Shown: one piece after another, positions 28,451-40,157 of the stretch
Position numbering within the stretch: position 1 is the first letter of the stretch
Layout of the letters: each line of letters opens with the position of its first letter
NCBI GenBank assembly: GCA_965225085.1
Contig: CBDDBE010000001.1
Location: 1,641-65,640 of the forward strand
Length of the DNA stretch: 64,000 bases
Direction: 5' to 3'
Source: an uncultured Candidatus Saccharibacteria bacterium
GTDB taxonomy: Bacteria > Patescibacteriota > Saccharimonadia > Saccharimonadales > EFPC-124
Program-made: the position numbers and the translations under genes
Notes under the pieces: model-generated
The model's input: only the letters and a program-made list of their open reading frames with translations
Database searches by the model: none
What the model was told of the DNA's origin: nothing

Positions 28451-30256
28451 CTACGTATCTTGGGAAAAGATGAGAACGCCATATGGAGGCACGTTAACCT
28501 CGGCTTGGAAGAGGTTAACGTGCTCGGTTGCCTCGACTGATTCTATTAGCCGATCGGTGAAATCCACATCGTAGCCCTTCCAGTCGGTATTGAAACGCGT
28601 CCACCATGTACCTGCCGCTGGGAAGGTCACGCGGTAGCCAAGGCATGGCTGATTTGTAAAATTGGCTACGACGATGACGTCGTCGGCTTGCCCGCCTTTG
28701 CCCCAACGACGAAATGCGATCACCTTCGCGGAGTCGTCGACCTGGAAAATATCGACATGTGAGCCCAACAAACCGGCCGTGTTCTTATGTTTGTTCGATC
28801 GAAGTGCCAGGAGGTGCTGATACAGCGTCAGAATGCCCTTGTTCTTCTCGGCCTTGGTCCAATCTAGCGGGGCATAGTGCGAAAAGGCGCCTAGCTCGTC
28901 AAACTCCTGCCCCTGAAACAGCATCGGAATACCGGGCGTCGTACACAGTAGCGCGGCCGCCAACGCCGTGCGCCGCCTGGCCTCGAGCGTGCTCGCGTGG
29001 CCCGGCGCAACCGCTTCGTCGAGACGCGTGCCACCATTTGGGCCAGCATCGGTATCGTGCGATTCGGTATATACAACTCGCTCAAGGGGGTTGTCATTTG
29101 TGCGACGACCGATCATCTCGCCGATCTTTGACACATTACGCTGCGGGTCCGGCTGTGGGCCGAGCTCTTCACGCAGGACCGCTCCGAACGCCGGGTCCCA
29201 CTGCGATACAAATCCAGCGCCGCCCCCACCCGTAGGCTTGGTGATCCACTCGTTGCCCTGCATGTCTTCGGCTATAATCAACGCGCCCGGCTTCACATCC
29301 TGCGCCATATCGTTAATCTCTTGCAGCAGCTTCCAACCGTCAGCAAGGTCGTGATCGGGGTCGTTATTGTTACCCTCGACATTCCGAATATTGACCACTG
29401 AATCCACGCGGAGCCCATCCACATGACAATCCTGCAGCCACATGCGCACGTTGTCGGTGATGTAACGCCTGACTTCGGGCCGACCATAGTCGGGCCTGGT
29501 TGGACCCCACGGTGTCTTGGCTCGCCAATCGTTATAGAAATAAATACCGCCAGTGTCTTCGTGCTCGCTCCATCCATCAAACTGCCACAGGTCAAGGCCC
29601 GCATCTTTGTTCAGATGGTTGTACACGACGTCCAGGATCACACCCAACCCCTTCCGATGGGCTGCCTGCACAAACTGCATGAAGGCCAACCGACCACCAT
29701 ACGCCGCATCGACAGCGTATATATTGTCTGGCGTGTAACCCCACCAGCGGTCCATCCACATGGCGTTGCATGGCATCACCTCGATGACATTTATGCCTAG
29801 CTCAACCAGGTAATCAAGCTTGGTTATGACGTCGTGGAACGTCCCCGGCAGCGACGGGTCGTTACGCACGAAGGTACCCACGTGCAGCTCGTATATAATT
29901 GCTTCCTCGGGTGGCGGCAGCTTATAGCTATCATCGCCCCAGTCAAAGTCCGAGGTCACGATGATCGAACTATCTTCTGATGCAGTCAGCTGCAGCGCCC
30001 GTGGATCATTGCGTTCCAGCATCTTACCATTATGGGTCACGAGGTATTTGTACTCCTGCCCCGCCTCGGCGTGTTCGACATCGCCGTACCAGCAACCATC
30101 ACTGCCTTTGCCGAGCGGTAAGCCTCCCTTTGACCAATTGGTAAAGTCGCCCGTGACAGCCACAGTATCGGCAAATGGCGCCCATACACAAAACTTCACA
30201 CCCCCGGCGTATTGGTGCGCGCCGCAATCGTCCAAACCTGGAAGTGAGCCACCCAT
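28451..30256 (-). CDS. GH13 alpha-amylase family enzyme with N-terminal CBM48 (branching enzyme / TreZ-like)
   Basis: CBM48 (GVKFCVWAPFADTVAVTGDFTNW); GH13 regions GVILDVVYNH, GLRVDSV, IIAEDM, YTESHD. Start moved to the ATG at 30256. Confidence 0.85.
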   Translation of the reverse strand: MGGSLPGLDDCGAHQYAGGVKFCVWAPFADTVAVTGDFTNWSKGGLPLGKGSDGCWYGDVEHAEAGQEYKYLVTHNGKMLERNDPRALQLTASEDSSIIVTSDFDWGDDSYKLPPPEEAIIYELHVGTFVRNDPSLPGTFHDVITKLDYLVELGINVIEVMPCNAMWMDRWWGYTPDNIYAVDAAYGGRLAFMQFVQAAHRKGLGVILDVVYNHLNKDAGLDLWQFDGWSEHEDTGGIYFYNDWRAKTPWGPTRPDYGRPEVRRYITDNVRMWLQDCHVDGLRVDSVVNIRNVEGNNNDPDHDLADGWKLLQEINDMAQDVKPGALIIAEDMQGNEWITKPTGGGGAGFVSQWDPAFGAVLREELGPQPDPQRNVSKIGEMIGRRTNDNPLERVVYTESHDTDAGPNGGTRLDEAVAPGHASTLEARRRTALAAALLCTTPGIPMLFQGQEFDELGAFSHYAPLDWTKAEKNKGILTLYQHLLALRSNKHKNTAGLLGSHVDIFQVDDSAKVIAFRRWGKGGQADDVIVVANFTNQPCLGYRVTFPAAGTWWTRFNTDWKGYDVDFTDRLIESVEATEHVNLFQAEVNVPPYGVLIFSQDT

Positions 30257-30373
30257 TTGATAGTTATTATGGCACAAGCGGTATGACGAGCCAAGTATGA
30301 ACCGCACTGTACGCAAAATGAAGACCGCCCCGCCACACTCATGTCGAGTGGGCGGAGCGGGTTTAAGGCGGGG

Positions 30374-30580
30374 TTAGTGGTTAGGGTACTCGTCATCGTA
30401 TCGCGATGCCTGACGAGCTTTCCGCGCCGCACTGTCGGCCTGTTCCTTCAGGATTCGCACCTGCGGAACAATCTGGTCTTCTGCGCAGCCCAATATCGCT
30501 GCGAGGCCTACCACGATCTCTCGATCCGCCACGCTCTGAGAGCGCTCATCGCTAGCCATGTTGGCAACCCTTCGCCTCAT
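30374..30580 (-). CDS. hypothetical small protein
   Basis: 68-aa GC-rich ORF between the GH13 and dedA genes, followed by an imperfect hairpin at 30327-30362. No family recognised. Confidence 0.3.
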   Translation of the reverse strand: MRRRVANMASDERSQSVADREIVVGLAAILGCAEDQIVPQVRILKEQADSAARKARQASRYDDEYPNH

Positions 30581-30693
30581 TACTCACGCCCCCCGTTGAG
30601 AGGCGTGCGCTTCTAAGGCGAAGTCAACACGATGATTACCATATCATTCAAAATGTATACGTCAATGGTCCAATTCTCTCAATGTACTTTGCA

Positions 30694-30702
30694 TGGTAGA
30701 AT
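30694..30702 (+). promoter_or_regulatory. extended -10 (TGgTAGAAT) placed for a leaderless dedA transcript
   Basis: tggtagaat ends 7 nt before the A of the dedA ATG (30709). No SD lies between them. Confidence 0.4.
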
Positions 30703-30708
30703 ACAATC

Positions 30709-31359
30709 ATGTTGCCTGGAATTGATATCATAGAACTCATTCGCGCCGTTGGGGTGTTGGGCGTAATGGGGATTATCTTTGCTGAATCGGGGTTGCTGCT
30801 GGGATTTTTCCTGCCAGGCGATACGCTGCTGTTTAGCGCAGGACTACTCGCGACCAAGGGCGTATTCGGCACAAGCATACATGTACTCGTCCTGTATCTT
30901 ATGATTGCCGCAATCGCTGGCGAGGTAGCTGGCTATTGGTTTGGGCGCAAGATTGGGCATCGTATTTTCCGTCGCAAGAGTTCGCTGATGTTCCAGCCGG
31001 AGAACCTAGAGCGGGCGGAGAAATTCTATGATCGTTACGGCCCTATAACCATTTTGCTGGCGCGATTTGTGCCGGTGGTGCGCACCTTTGTGCCGATTGT
31101 AGCTGGCGCAGCCAAGATGAATCAGCGAGTTTTCAACACCTACAACGCTATCGGCGCATTCCTGTGGGTGGCGCTTGTAACATATATAGGCTATTTTGCT
31201 GGCGGCTACCTCGAGGCACACGGCATCAATATTGACCGGCTCATCCTACCCATCGTTGGCTTGGTCACGCTCATCACACTCAGTTCACCCCTGTACCACA
31301 TTCTGCGAGAGCCAGAAAGCCGCAAGAAACTGCTCCGACGATTACACATCAAAAGCTAA
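30709..31359 (+). CDS. dedA: DedA family membrane protein
   Basis: FAESGLLLGFFLPGDTLLFSAGLLA and RFVPVVRTFVPIVAGAAKM are signature DedA segments. Confidence 0.9.
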   Translation: MLPGIDIIELIRAVGVLGVMGIIFAESGLLLGFFLPGDTLLFSAGLLATKGVFGTSIHVLVLYLMIAAIAGEVAGYWFGRKIGHRIFRRKSSLMFQPENLERAEKFYDRYGPITILLARFVPVVRTFVPIVAGAAKMNQRVFNTYNAIGAFLWVALVTYIGYFAGGYLEAHGINIDRLILPIVGLVTLITLSSPLYHILREPESRKKLLRRLHIKS

Positions 31360-31449
31360 AAGGGCCTTGCACGCGCCGACGCCCTGGAGTATGATAGGTA
31401 CTTAGCCAACGACGTCCGTTGGTTTTTTCATGCCCCGAGGAGGCATTCG

Positions 31450-31746
31450 ATGGGTTTGTTCGGACGACGACACCAACCGTCCAGGCAGCCAGGAGAAGTA
31501 CATAATCTGGTCGCCAGCATCGCCGTGTGGATCGAACTGCATGTCAACCACGAGGGTTGGACGTGGGAGGCTAAATCTATAGACCTTCCAGCCCAAGACT
31601 ACAGCGGCTGCCGGGTGGTATTCGGCAGGATCACTGACGGCAACGGCATGCCTACCTGTGAGGTATACCATGGCGACGAGATCCTCGCCACCATCACTTA
31701 CGAGATGACCGACGGTTACCTCCACAGCCCCAAGATCAAGTACTAA
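31450..31746 (+). CDS. hypothetical small protein
   Basis: SD gaggagg 7 nt upstream of the ATG, followed by a perfect hairpin. Preferred over the antisense ORF 31402-31725. Confidence 0.55.
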   Translation: MGLFGRRHQPSRQPGEVHNLVASIAVWIELHVNHEGWTWEAKSIDLPAQDYSGCRVVFGRITDGNGMPTCEVYHGDEILATITYEMTDGYLHSPKIKY

Positions 31747-31763
31747 GATCTCTGCTCAAAAAC

Positions 31764-31793
31764 GCCCGCGTCCTACAAGTCTAGGACGCGGGC
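31764..31793. terminator. perfect 11-bp GC hairpin between convergent genes
   Basis: gcccgcgtcct-acaagtct-aggacgcgggc. Confidence 0.55.
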
Positions 31794-31822
31794 ATTTACA
31801 ATTTGCGTAGCTATCAATCTAG

Positions 31823-33139
31823 CTAGAACTCATACGCTCCACGGTCATCGTAGACGCGCGGACCAATACCCGTATTGGCTACGTTCAGGTCGTCGCGTCG
31901 TGTGACGCCGAGTATATCTGCAGCCTGTTGACCGCTGACGCCGGAATCAGCCGAATCAATAGCCGGCGAGTGTTCCAAGAGCGACAGGACGAAGCTACCC
32001 GGATTTGCAAACAATGGGTCAGCTTGTAGCCCATGGCTCTCCTGACCGGTGGCTGTTTGCATTGCGCTCAGGCTCGCGTAGTTTACATTTGCCCAGGTAT
32101 ACATTGTGCCGGGTGTCGTCAGCCATACCAAGTTGGAATTAACGATCGTTCCGCTTGGCGCAGAATCGTAGATACCAATGTTGCCCTTGCGGCGACTACA
32201 ACTAATGCCCTGGTAGGCAGGATACACCGCGTTGTCCACGGCGATGTTATTCTCGACCGTGTAATTGCCGCTGGTACCTTCGACGTTGATACCGTCGGTG
32301 CAGTTACGGTACACCGTGTTGCCAATGATACGTCCGCCAGTCACGTTGAGGTTGTCGATACCGTGGTCGCCGTTGTTGTACGTTACGTTATTTGCCACCA
32401 AGGCATTATTGGCGCCAGTATAAATTTGAATGCCAGTGTCTTCGTTGTCGTGTGTGACGTTGCTGAGGATGGAGTTGTTCGGACCGCGTACATCAATGCC
32501 TGGCGCGGCACGCGTGTATTGACGTGCATTACCGTACACGGTGTTCTTGCTCACGACGCTGTTTGAAACCGACGCACCGAGGTATACTCCCGCTTCGCTG
32601 TTGTTGTGCGAAGCGTTACCCGTTACGGTCGAATTGATCGTCGTGCCCGTCAGCTTAATGCCCGCCGTTACCTGACCAGACACAGGAGTTCCCGAGTAGC
32701 TGACGTCGTTATTGGATATTGTTACCGACGTGCCGTTGTTGACGTAGATACCTTCGGTGGTCGTATGATTTACCGTAAAACCATTTACCGTAACCCAGCT
32801 GCGACCGCTCGTATAAAAGCCGTGAGCGGCGCCAGTTACCGTAGCTCCTGCAGGCGCCGTGAACACAATAGGCGCCGATGACGTACCAGAATTCTTGACC
32901 GTTACTTGCTCGGCATACGTGCCCGGGTTGACCTGGACGGTTTGCCCGGCAACGGCAACCTGTGCAGCTGGATTGATGTGGCAATATGGCTGCGCGAGTG
33001 TTCCCGAGCCGGTATCGCTACACGAGGCGTTCGCGATGTCGACATACAGCGTCGAGGCCACCGCCCCAACCGGCAAAACAGCAACGTTAAAAAGTACTAA
33101 AAGCGTGGCACTCGTGGCCGCAAGAACTCTTTTGATCAT
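31823..33139 (-). CDS. secreted right-handed parallel beta-helix repeat protein (NosD/pectate-lyase-like)
   Basis: Signal peptide MIKRVLAATSATLLVLFNVAVLPVGAVA. Many repeats of the N-x-V-x-x-N/G-I type (VSKNTVYGN, ILSNVTHDN, VANNVTYNN, IIGNTVYRN, VENNIAVDN). Confidence 0.8.
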   Translation of the reverse strand: MIKRVLAATSATLLVLFNVAVLPVGAVASTLYVDIANASCSDTGSGTLAQPYCHINPAAQVAVAGQTVQVNPGTYAEQVTVKNSGTSSAPIVFTAPAGATVTGAAHGFYTSGRSWVTVNGFTVNHTTTEGIYVNNGTSVTISNNDVSYSGTPVSGQVTAGIKLTGTTINSTVTGNASHNNSEAGVYLGASVSNSVVSKNTVYGNARQYTRAAPGIDVRGPNNSILSNVTHDNEDTGIQIYTGANNALVANNVTYNNGDHGIDNLNVTGGRIIGNTVYRNCTDGINVEGTSGNYTVENNIAVDNAVYPAYQGISCSRRKGNIGIYDSAPSGTIVNSNLVWLTTPGTMYTWANVNYASLSAMQTATGQESHGLQADPLFANPGSFVLSLLEHSPAIDSADSGVSGQQAADILGVTRRDDLNVANTGIGPRVYDDRGAYEF

Positions 33140-33262
33140 GTAGGTATCCTGTTTATGGTAATCCGATGGTAGCAGACATGGGCCGTAGCGACAATAGAAC
33201 AACTAGATATAGGAACTATTTTATGATATAAGATTATCAGGCACTCTACTCTGGAGGTAATC

Positions 33263-33514
33263 ATGGGCAGGCACCTCACCCGCGCCCAACGGAAAGTCGT
33301 GGACAGGGTCCGACGACACTTCGTAGTCAGGCCTATCGGCTCCTACAACGACGGTGACATGTTTGGCCTGGAGGGCTTGAAGGGCTGCATCATCGGAATC
33401 GTCGACAAGGCAGGTGGAGAATCCGACGTGATGCTGGCTGTAATCAACTTTCCAGACAGGTCCGTCATCACGCTCACCTACAAGGATGGACGCGTCTTGG
33501 CCGACATTAGTTAG
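33263..33514 (+). CDS. hypothetical small protein
   Basis: SD tggaggt, 83 aa, followed by a perfect 12-bp hairpin. Confidence 0.55.
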   Translation: MGRHLTRAQRKVVDRVRRHFVVRPIGSYNDGDMFGLEGLKGCIIGIVDKAGGESDVMLAVINFPDRSVITLTYKDGRVLADIS

Positions 33515-33535
33515 CCCTGGCAGCGAGTCGACCTG

Positions 33536-33567
33536 GCCCGCGCCGCCTGTTACATGGCGGCGCGGGC
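33536..33567. terminator. perfect 12-bp GC hairpin between convergent genes
   Basis: gcccgcgccgcc-tgttacat-ggcggcgcgggc. Confidence 0.55.
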
Positions 33568-33580
33568 ATTACATTTGACC

Positions 33581-34207
33581 TTATACCTTATGCTCGTTCG
33601 TCAACCGAATCTCTTTCTTCAGAACTGTTCCATTTTCGTCAATTTCATACACCAACACCTCGCCGGTCATAATCTCGACAGTGTGTGCGTCATCATCGGC
33701 AACACCTTCGAGGTGTTTAATAAGCGCCCGAAGCGAATTGCCATGAGCGGCAACGATGACGTTTTTGCCTTGTTTCAGATCCTCTAGAATGTGCTGCTCG
33801 TAAAATGGCAAGACACGCTCCGACACATCCTTCAACGTCTCACCTCCAGGAACCGGATGGTCCCAGCTGCGACGCCAGGCTTGGAATTTCTCTTCGCCGT
33901 ACTCGTCGCGGACCTGCCACTTGTTCTTGCCAGTGAGGTCGCCGTAATCACGCTCGTTGAGCTCTGCATGTTCGCTCCGGGCAAGATCGTATCGATCCAA
34001 ATGTGTCATTATCTCGTCCAGCGTATGTTTGGCTCGCTGAAGTGTACTGGTGTAGGCCCGATGCAGGTCGATGTCCTGGAGTGTAGCGGCGGCACGTTGA
34101 GCCTCCTGACGGCCTTCATCGGTCAACGAAACGTCTGTCAGGCCAGTCCACTGCCCCAAAACGTTCCATTCTGATTGCCCGTGGCGGACGAGTACTAGAT
34201 AGGCCAT
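33581..34207 (-). CDS. gpmA: 2,3-bisphosphoglycerate-dependent phosphoglycerate mutase
   Basis: LVLVRHGQSEWN, ...ERDYGDLTGKNK..., VIVAAHGNSLRAL. Confidence 0.92.
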   Translation of the reverse strand: MAYLVLVRHGQSEWNVLGQWTGLTDVSLTDEGRQEAQRAAATLQDIDLHRAYTSTLQRAKHTLDEIMTHLDRYDLARSEHAELNERDYGDLTGKNKWQVRDEYGEEKFQAWRRSWDHPVPGGETLKDVSERVLPFYEQHILEDLKQGKNVIVAAHGNSLRALIKHLEGVADDDAHTVEIMTGEVLVYEIDENGTVLKKEIRLTNEHKV

Positions 34208-34209
34208 CC

Positions 34210-35613
<1,404 letters not shown>

Positions 35614-35650
35614 CTATTCAAGTTCCACTTCCATCCGAGAGGAAAATGAC

Positions 35651-36082
35651 GTGTCAACGAATGACATGGGCTTCCCCATCCAGGTCGTACCCGCCAAGAT
35701 TCAGCTGGACGAGGCACTGCTGTCCCGGCTCTTCGACAGCATGGTCGCCCAAGGGATAGCGGACCGGCAATCGCCGCCCGACGACAGGAGGAACAGCCCT
35801 AGCATCAAGGTCGTGGTCAACGGCGAAACGACAGAATGGCACCTGGAGGAAGCATCCCAGGTCAACAGCACTCGACGGGTTGGGCTTTCCGAGGCTGGGA
35901 ATGGCAGAACCGCCTCCGGGGGCGTCACCCAGCGGTACATGCTGGTTACCGACACCTCAGGAACCTTCGAGGCAGTCCCGTACACCGCTACCATCGCATA
36001 CGACGGCAGTTTCGACTGGTGGTTCCAGATGTACAATATCGCACTCGCCCACCTCCTGAGAAAGCAGGCTGAGGAAATGTAA
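35651..36082 (+). CDS. hypothetical protein
   Basis: GTG start with SD gagagga, 143 aa, followed by a perfect 12-bp hairpin. No family recognised. Confidence 0.5.
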   Translation: MSTNDMGFPIQVVPAKIQLDEALLSRLFDSMVAQGIADRQSPPDDRRNSPSIKVVVNGETTEWHLEEASQVNSTRRVGLSEAGNGRTASGGVTQRYMLVTDTSGTFEAVPYTATIAYDGSFDWWFQMYNIALAHLLRKQAEEM

Positions 36083-36087
36083 CAACC

Positions 36088-36116
36088 GCGGGCGAGAGGA
36101 CACACCTCTCGCCCGC
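36088..36116 (+). terminator. perfect 12-bp GC hairpin
   Basis: gcgggcgagagg-acaca-cctctcgcccgc. Confidence 0.5.
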
Positions 36117-36192
36117 ATTACGTATATAGAACGATGATCTCATAGCAGTAAATGTGGTGGGCTACACGCCGTTCACGTGCAGCCCACTCTGT

Positions 36193-36630
36193 TCAGTCGA
36201 CGCTCAAGCCCTCGATGGCGTTGAGCACGCCGCTCGCTGCCTCACTCGTAGGCTGCGCCTTGGCGATGGCCCTGACTGCGGCCCCGTAGAATTGCAGGCG
36301 GTTAGTCTGGGGCAAGGTACTGACCGCTTTGATCCACCAGCCTTCTGGCAACCTAAGCATTCGAAGTTCCGCCCGCACGTGCACTAGGGGCACGCCGTCC
36401 GGCAACAGCAGCACGGCAGCGGCCCTGCCACCTTTGTAGAACCCTGGGACTACGGTCCAAAGACTTCCCACCAAGGAGCTCTTTGGGTTAGCGTCAACCA
36501 TACGCTCCCATCGCTCGACGAGTGACTCGCAGGGAAAATCGTGCGGATCTGGACGAGTCAAAAACAAGACTCGCCGCCCTGGCAGCCGGCACTCCAGAAG
36601 GCCTATGCCGCGTTCAGGCTTGTCGAACAT
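36193..36630 (-). CDS. hypothetical protein
   Basis: ATG at 36630 preceded by agagga. The ORF is open from GTG 36645. 145 aa; no family recognised. Confidence 0.5.
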   Translation of the reverse strand: MFDKPERGIGLLECRLPGRRVLFLTRPDPHDFPCESLVERWERMVDANPKSSLVGSLWTVVPGFYKGGRAAAVLLLPDGVPLVHVRAELRMLRLPEGWWIKAVSTLPQTNRLQFYGAAVRAIAKAQPTSEAASGVLNAIEGLSVD

Positions 36631-36790
36631 CTCGTATCCTCTCACTTGGTTGGGTCGATGCCAGCATCACTTATATCACAAAAGTCGCAGCCCCCACAAC
36701 CATCAAGCCACTGATTTACCTATGCCAATATTGCACTCAGCACTATAACATTATATGCTATATATTAGGATCTCTACGGAAGGAGCGGCT

Positions 36791-37135
36791 TTGTCTCCTA
36801 GCATTGCCTCCGGCGGCTCGAATAGGTCAGCCGACGTCAAACATCTGTGGATCAGCCGGGTGGAAGACTTTATCGACAGCCAAGGCGGCATCGATAGATG
36901 GCCGGCAGATGGCGAACCCGTCCGGGTTGCTACTCTGAGCGGTGGTGCCTACATGACGATCCACCCCATCGTCGACCAGCACGGTGCAGACACTGGTAGG
37001 CGCGTCGAATTCCTCATGAAGCCCCCGGGCACTGATGATTTCGAGCATATGGCCACGCTCATCTACGGCCCGCCGCGTCAGATGTTCCTTGTCCCGCTGA
37101 GGCGTCGGCTTGTCAGCAGGCAGGACCACGTGTAG
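36791..37135 (+). CDS. hypothetical protein
   Basis: TTG start 5 nt after SD ggaaggag, followed by a perfect 11-bp hairpin. Preferred over the antisense ORF 36827-37189. Confidence 0.45.
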   Translation: MSPSIASGGSNRSADVKHLWISRVEDFIDSQGGIDRWPADGEPVRVATLSGGAYMTIHPIVDQHGADTGRRVEFLMKPPGTDDFEHMATLIYGPPRQMFLVPLRRRLVSRQDHV

Positions 37136-37140
37136 CAAAC

Positions 37141-37168
37141 GCCCCGCCCGATCAACGTCGGGCGGGGC
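37141..37168. terminator. perfect 11-bp GC hairpin between convergent genes
   Basis: gccccgcccga-tcaacg-tcgggcggggc. Confidence 0.5.
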
Positions 37169-37192
37169 ACACAATGAACTTATTTCCAAAAT

Positions 37193-40009
37193 CTACGACG
37201 GCATGCGCTTGAGGTATTGCCCGGTATAGCTAGCCGCCGTCTTGGCAATTTCGCTCGGCGTGCCTTCGGCGATGATTGAACCACCACCTTCGCCACCTTC
37301 CAGGCCCATGTCGATCACATGATCGGCAGATTTCACGACATCGAGATTATGCTCGATAATAACCATGCTGTTGCCGGTATCTACCAAGGCTTGCAAAACA
37401 TGTAATAGCTTCTTCACGTCAGCACTATGCAGGCCGGTTGTTGGCTCATCCAGAATATACAACGTTCGCCCAGTTGATCGCCGGCTGAGTTCACTAGCCA
37501 GCTTCACACGCTGCGCCTCGCCACCGCTCAGCGTTGTCGCTGGTTGGCCAAGCTTGATATAGCCCAGCCCGACTTCGACCAAAGTTTTCATTTTGCTAGC
37601 GATAGACGGAATGTTCTCGAAAAACTCCGCCGCTTGTTCGCAGGTCATTTCTAGTACGTCGCTGATTGTTCGGCCCTTGTAGTGGATCTCGAGCGCTTCG
37701 CGGTTGTAGCGCTTACCTTTACAGACTTCGCAGGTTACAAACACGTCTGGCAGGAAATGCATCTCGATCTTGATCACGCCGTCACCCTGGCAATTTTCGC
37801 ACCGGCCACCCTTGACGTTGAAACTAAATCGGCCAGCCTTGTAGCCGCGAATGTTAGCTTCTGGTGTTCCCGCAAACAGCTCACGAATCGGCGTAAAGAC
37901 ACCCGTGTAGGTGGCGGGGTTGGACCGAGGCGTACGGCCGATCGCCGATTGGTCAATCACGATAACCTTATCGAGAGCGCTCACGCCTTCGATGTCATCG
38001 TGACGGCCGGCAACTTCGTTGGCACGGTGCAGACGATGACTCAGCTCTTTCGCCAGAATGTCATTCACCACTGTCGACTTGCCAGAACCGGACACGCCCG
38101 ATACGACAACAAGTTTGCCCAGCGGGATGGTGACATCGATATTTTTCAGGTTGTGCTCGCGCGCACCACGAATAACCAGCTGCTTGCCATTGCCGGCGCG
38201 GCGCTTCTTGGGCGCAGAAATTGTCTCGGTACCCTTCAGGAATCTGCCAGTGATGCTGTCGGGGTTGTCGGCAACCTCATCAGGGGTGCCCTCGGCCACC
38301 ACATGGCCGCCATGTATACCAGCGCCCGGCCCGATATCTAGCAGATAGTCGGCCGCGCGAATTGTATCTTCATCGTGTTCGACCACGATCACCGTGTTGC
38401 CGAGGTCACGCAAGTGTTTCAGGGTGGCGATCAGCCGATCGTTGTCGCGCTGGTGCAGCCCGATGCTCGGTTCGTCCAGCACATACAATACACCCTGCAG
38501 GCCCGAGCCAATCTGTGTCGCCAGGCGAATGCGCTGCGCTTCACCACCGCTCAGTGTATTGGCAGCACGACTCAGCTCTAGGTAGCTCAGCCCCACATCG
38601 TTCAGGAAGCTCAGTCGCGCGGTAATCTCGCGCAAAATCTGCTTGGCAATAAATAGCTCGTGTTCGGTTAGTTTGAGCGTACGGTCAAATAGTTCGAAAC
38701 TATCAGCCACGCTGAGGTCGCAAATATCCATGATATTGAGGTTATGGACAGTCACTGCCAGTGCCTCGGGCTTCAAGCGAGCCCCACCGCAGGCGTTACA
38801 TTTGCGCTCGCGCATAAACCGTTCGATATCGCGACGCACAAAATCGCTATCGGTCTCTTGGTGTCGTCGCTCGAGGTTTGGAATAATGCCTTCGAAGTCA
38901 GTCTGGAACATACGCCCGCTGCCCAGTTCGACCTCGTATTTCTGCGTGCCCGTGCCGTATAGTAGCACCTTCATTTGCTCGTCCGTTAGTTTACCGGTTG
39001 GCTCATGAAGCGAAAAACCGTGGGCGTTCGCAACTGCGGCCACTTTTTTCATATACCACGTGTCGATGCGCACTCGATTCCACGGGCGAATTGCACCTTC
39101 GCTAATTGTCAAATTGCCATTAGGAATGACCAGCTCGGGGTCGACCTCGAGCCGTGTACCCAGACCGGTACACACCGGGCAAGCACCATGCGGGCTGTTA
39201 AAGCTAAACAGACGCGGCGCCAGCTCGGGAATTTCGACCTCTGGGTGATCGACACAGGCGTAGCGTTCGCTAAGTGTCCGCTCGATTTCGCTATCGACGT
39301 TCATCACGTGCACTACACCTTCGGCCGCTTCGAGCGCTTGCTCGACAGACTGCGCTAGTCGGCCACGATTTTCCTCGCTATTCACGATGCGGTCAACGAC
39401 CAGGGCAATCGTGTGCTTCTTTTTCTTGTCCAGCTCGGGGAATTCGTCCAGTGCGTAGATAACGCTGTCCACGCGCACACGCGCAAAGCCTGCGCGCTGG
39501 TACTGCTCGGGAATGTGGGCAAACTCGCCCTTTTTATCATTAACGATAGGTGCCAGGATCATCAGCCGCGCGCCAGCCGGCATAGCCAAAATGTCGTCCA
39601 CGATCTGTTGAGCGCTTCGCCGTTCGACTTCCTTGCCGTCAATCGGACAGTGCGGCACACCGATGCGCGCATACAGGAGGCGCAGATAGTCGTACATTTC
39701 CGTCACCGTTGCCACGGTCGAGCGTGGATTGCGACTGGTCGACTTCTGGTCGATGCTGATCGCCGGGCTTAGGCCGTCAATCTGATCAACATCGGGCTTT
39801 TCCATCAGCCCCAAGAATTGGCGTGCATAGCTACTCAGGCTCTCGACATAGCGTCGCTGACCTTCGGCGTAAATTGTGTCGAAAGCCAAGCTTGACTTGC
39901 CCGACCCGCTGAGGCCGGTGATAACCACCAGCTTCTCGCGGGGAAGCGTCACGTCAATATTTTTGAGGTTGTGCTCGCGCGCACCTCGTACTTCTATGCT
40001 GCCGCTCAT
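37193..40009 (-). CDS. uvrA: excinuclease ABC subunit A
   Basis: 938 aa. Two ABC modules ([35 protein letters not shown]; [15 protein letters not shown]), zinc-finger Cys pairs and LSGGEAQR twice. Confidence 0.96.
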   Translation of the reverse strand: MSGSIEVRGAREHNLKNIDVTLPREKLVVITGLSGSGKSSLAFDTIYAEGQRRYVESLSSYARQFLGLMEKPDVDQIDGLSPAISIDQKSTSRNPRSTVATVTEMYDYLRLLYARIGVPHCPIDGKEVERRSAQQIVDDILAMPAGARLMILAPIVNDKKGEFAHIPEQYQRAGFARVRVDSVIYALDEFPELDKKKKHTIALVVDRIVNSEENRGRLAQSVEQALEAAEGVVHVMNVDSEIERTLSERYACVDHPEVEIPELAPRLFSFNSPHGACPVCTGLGTRLEVDPELVIPNGNLTISEGAIRPWNRVRIDTWYMKKVAAVANAHGFSLHEPTGKLTDEQMKVLLYGTGTQKYEVELGSGRMFQTDFEGIIPNLERRHQETDSDFVRRDIERFMRERKCNACGGARLKPEALAVTVHNLNIMDICDLSVADSFELFDRTLKLTEHELFIAKQILREITARLSFLNDVGLSYLELSRAANTLSGGEAQRIRLATQIGSGLQGVLYVLDEPSIGLHQRDNDRLIATLKHLRDLGNTVIVVEHDEDTIRAADYLLDIGPGAGIHGGHVVAEGTPDEVADNPDSITGRFLKGTETISAPKKRRAGNGKQLVIRGAREHNLKNIDVTIPLGKLVVVSGVSGSGKSTVVNDILAKELSHRLHRANEVAGRHDDIEGVSALDKVIVIDQSAIGRTPRSNPATYTGVFTPIRELFAGTPEANIRGYKAGRFSFNVKGGRCENCQGDGVIKIEMHFLPDVFVTCEVCKGKRYNREALEIHYKGRTISDVLEMTCEQAAEFFENIPSIASKMKTLVEVGLGYIKLGQPATTLSGGEAQRVKLASELSRRSTGRTLYILDEPTTGLHSADVKKLLHVLQALVDTGNSMVIIEHNLDVVKSADHVIDMGLEGGEGGGSIIAEGTPSEIAKTAASYTGQYLKRMPS

Positions 40010-40157
40010 ATCGCGGTCTATTATACACTGTTTGATCTGTTATTTCGAGAGGTGGGCCTGTACTAGTTCGCGGTTACCACGGGCTATGGCTCTCCAACTA
40101 CTATCATGATATAATTGTTGTGCTCATCACAATCCATCCTCTCAATCATAGAAGGGA

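Noticed and set aside
31402-31725. Minus-strand 107-aa ORF, alternative to 31450-31746(+)
   Set aside because: The plus-strand ORF has a strong SD (gaggagg, 7 nt) and a terminator directly after its stop. The minus ORF has neither. The same logic favoured 36791-37135(+) over 36827-37189(-) and 52347-52550(+) over 52239-52562(-). All three calls remain moderate-confidence.
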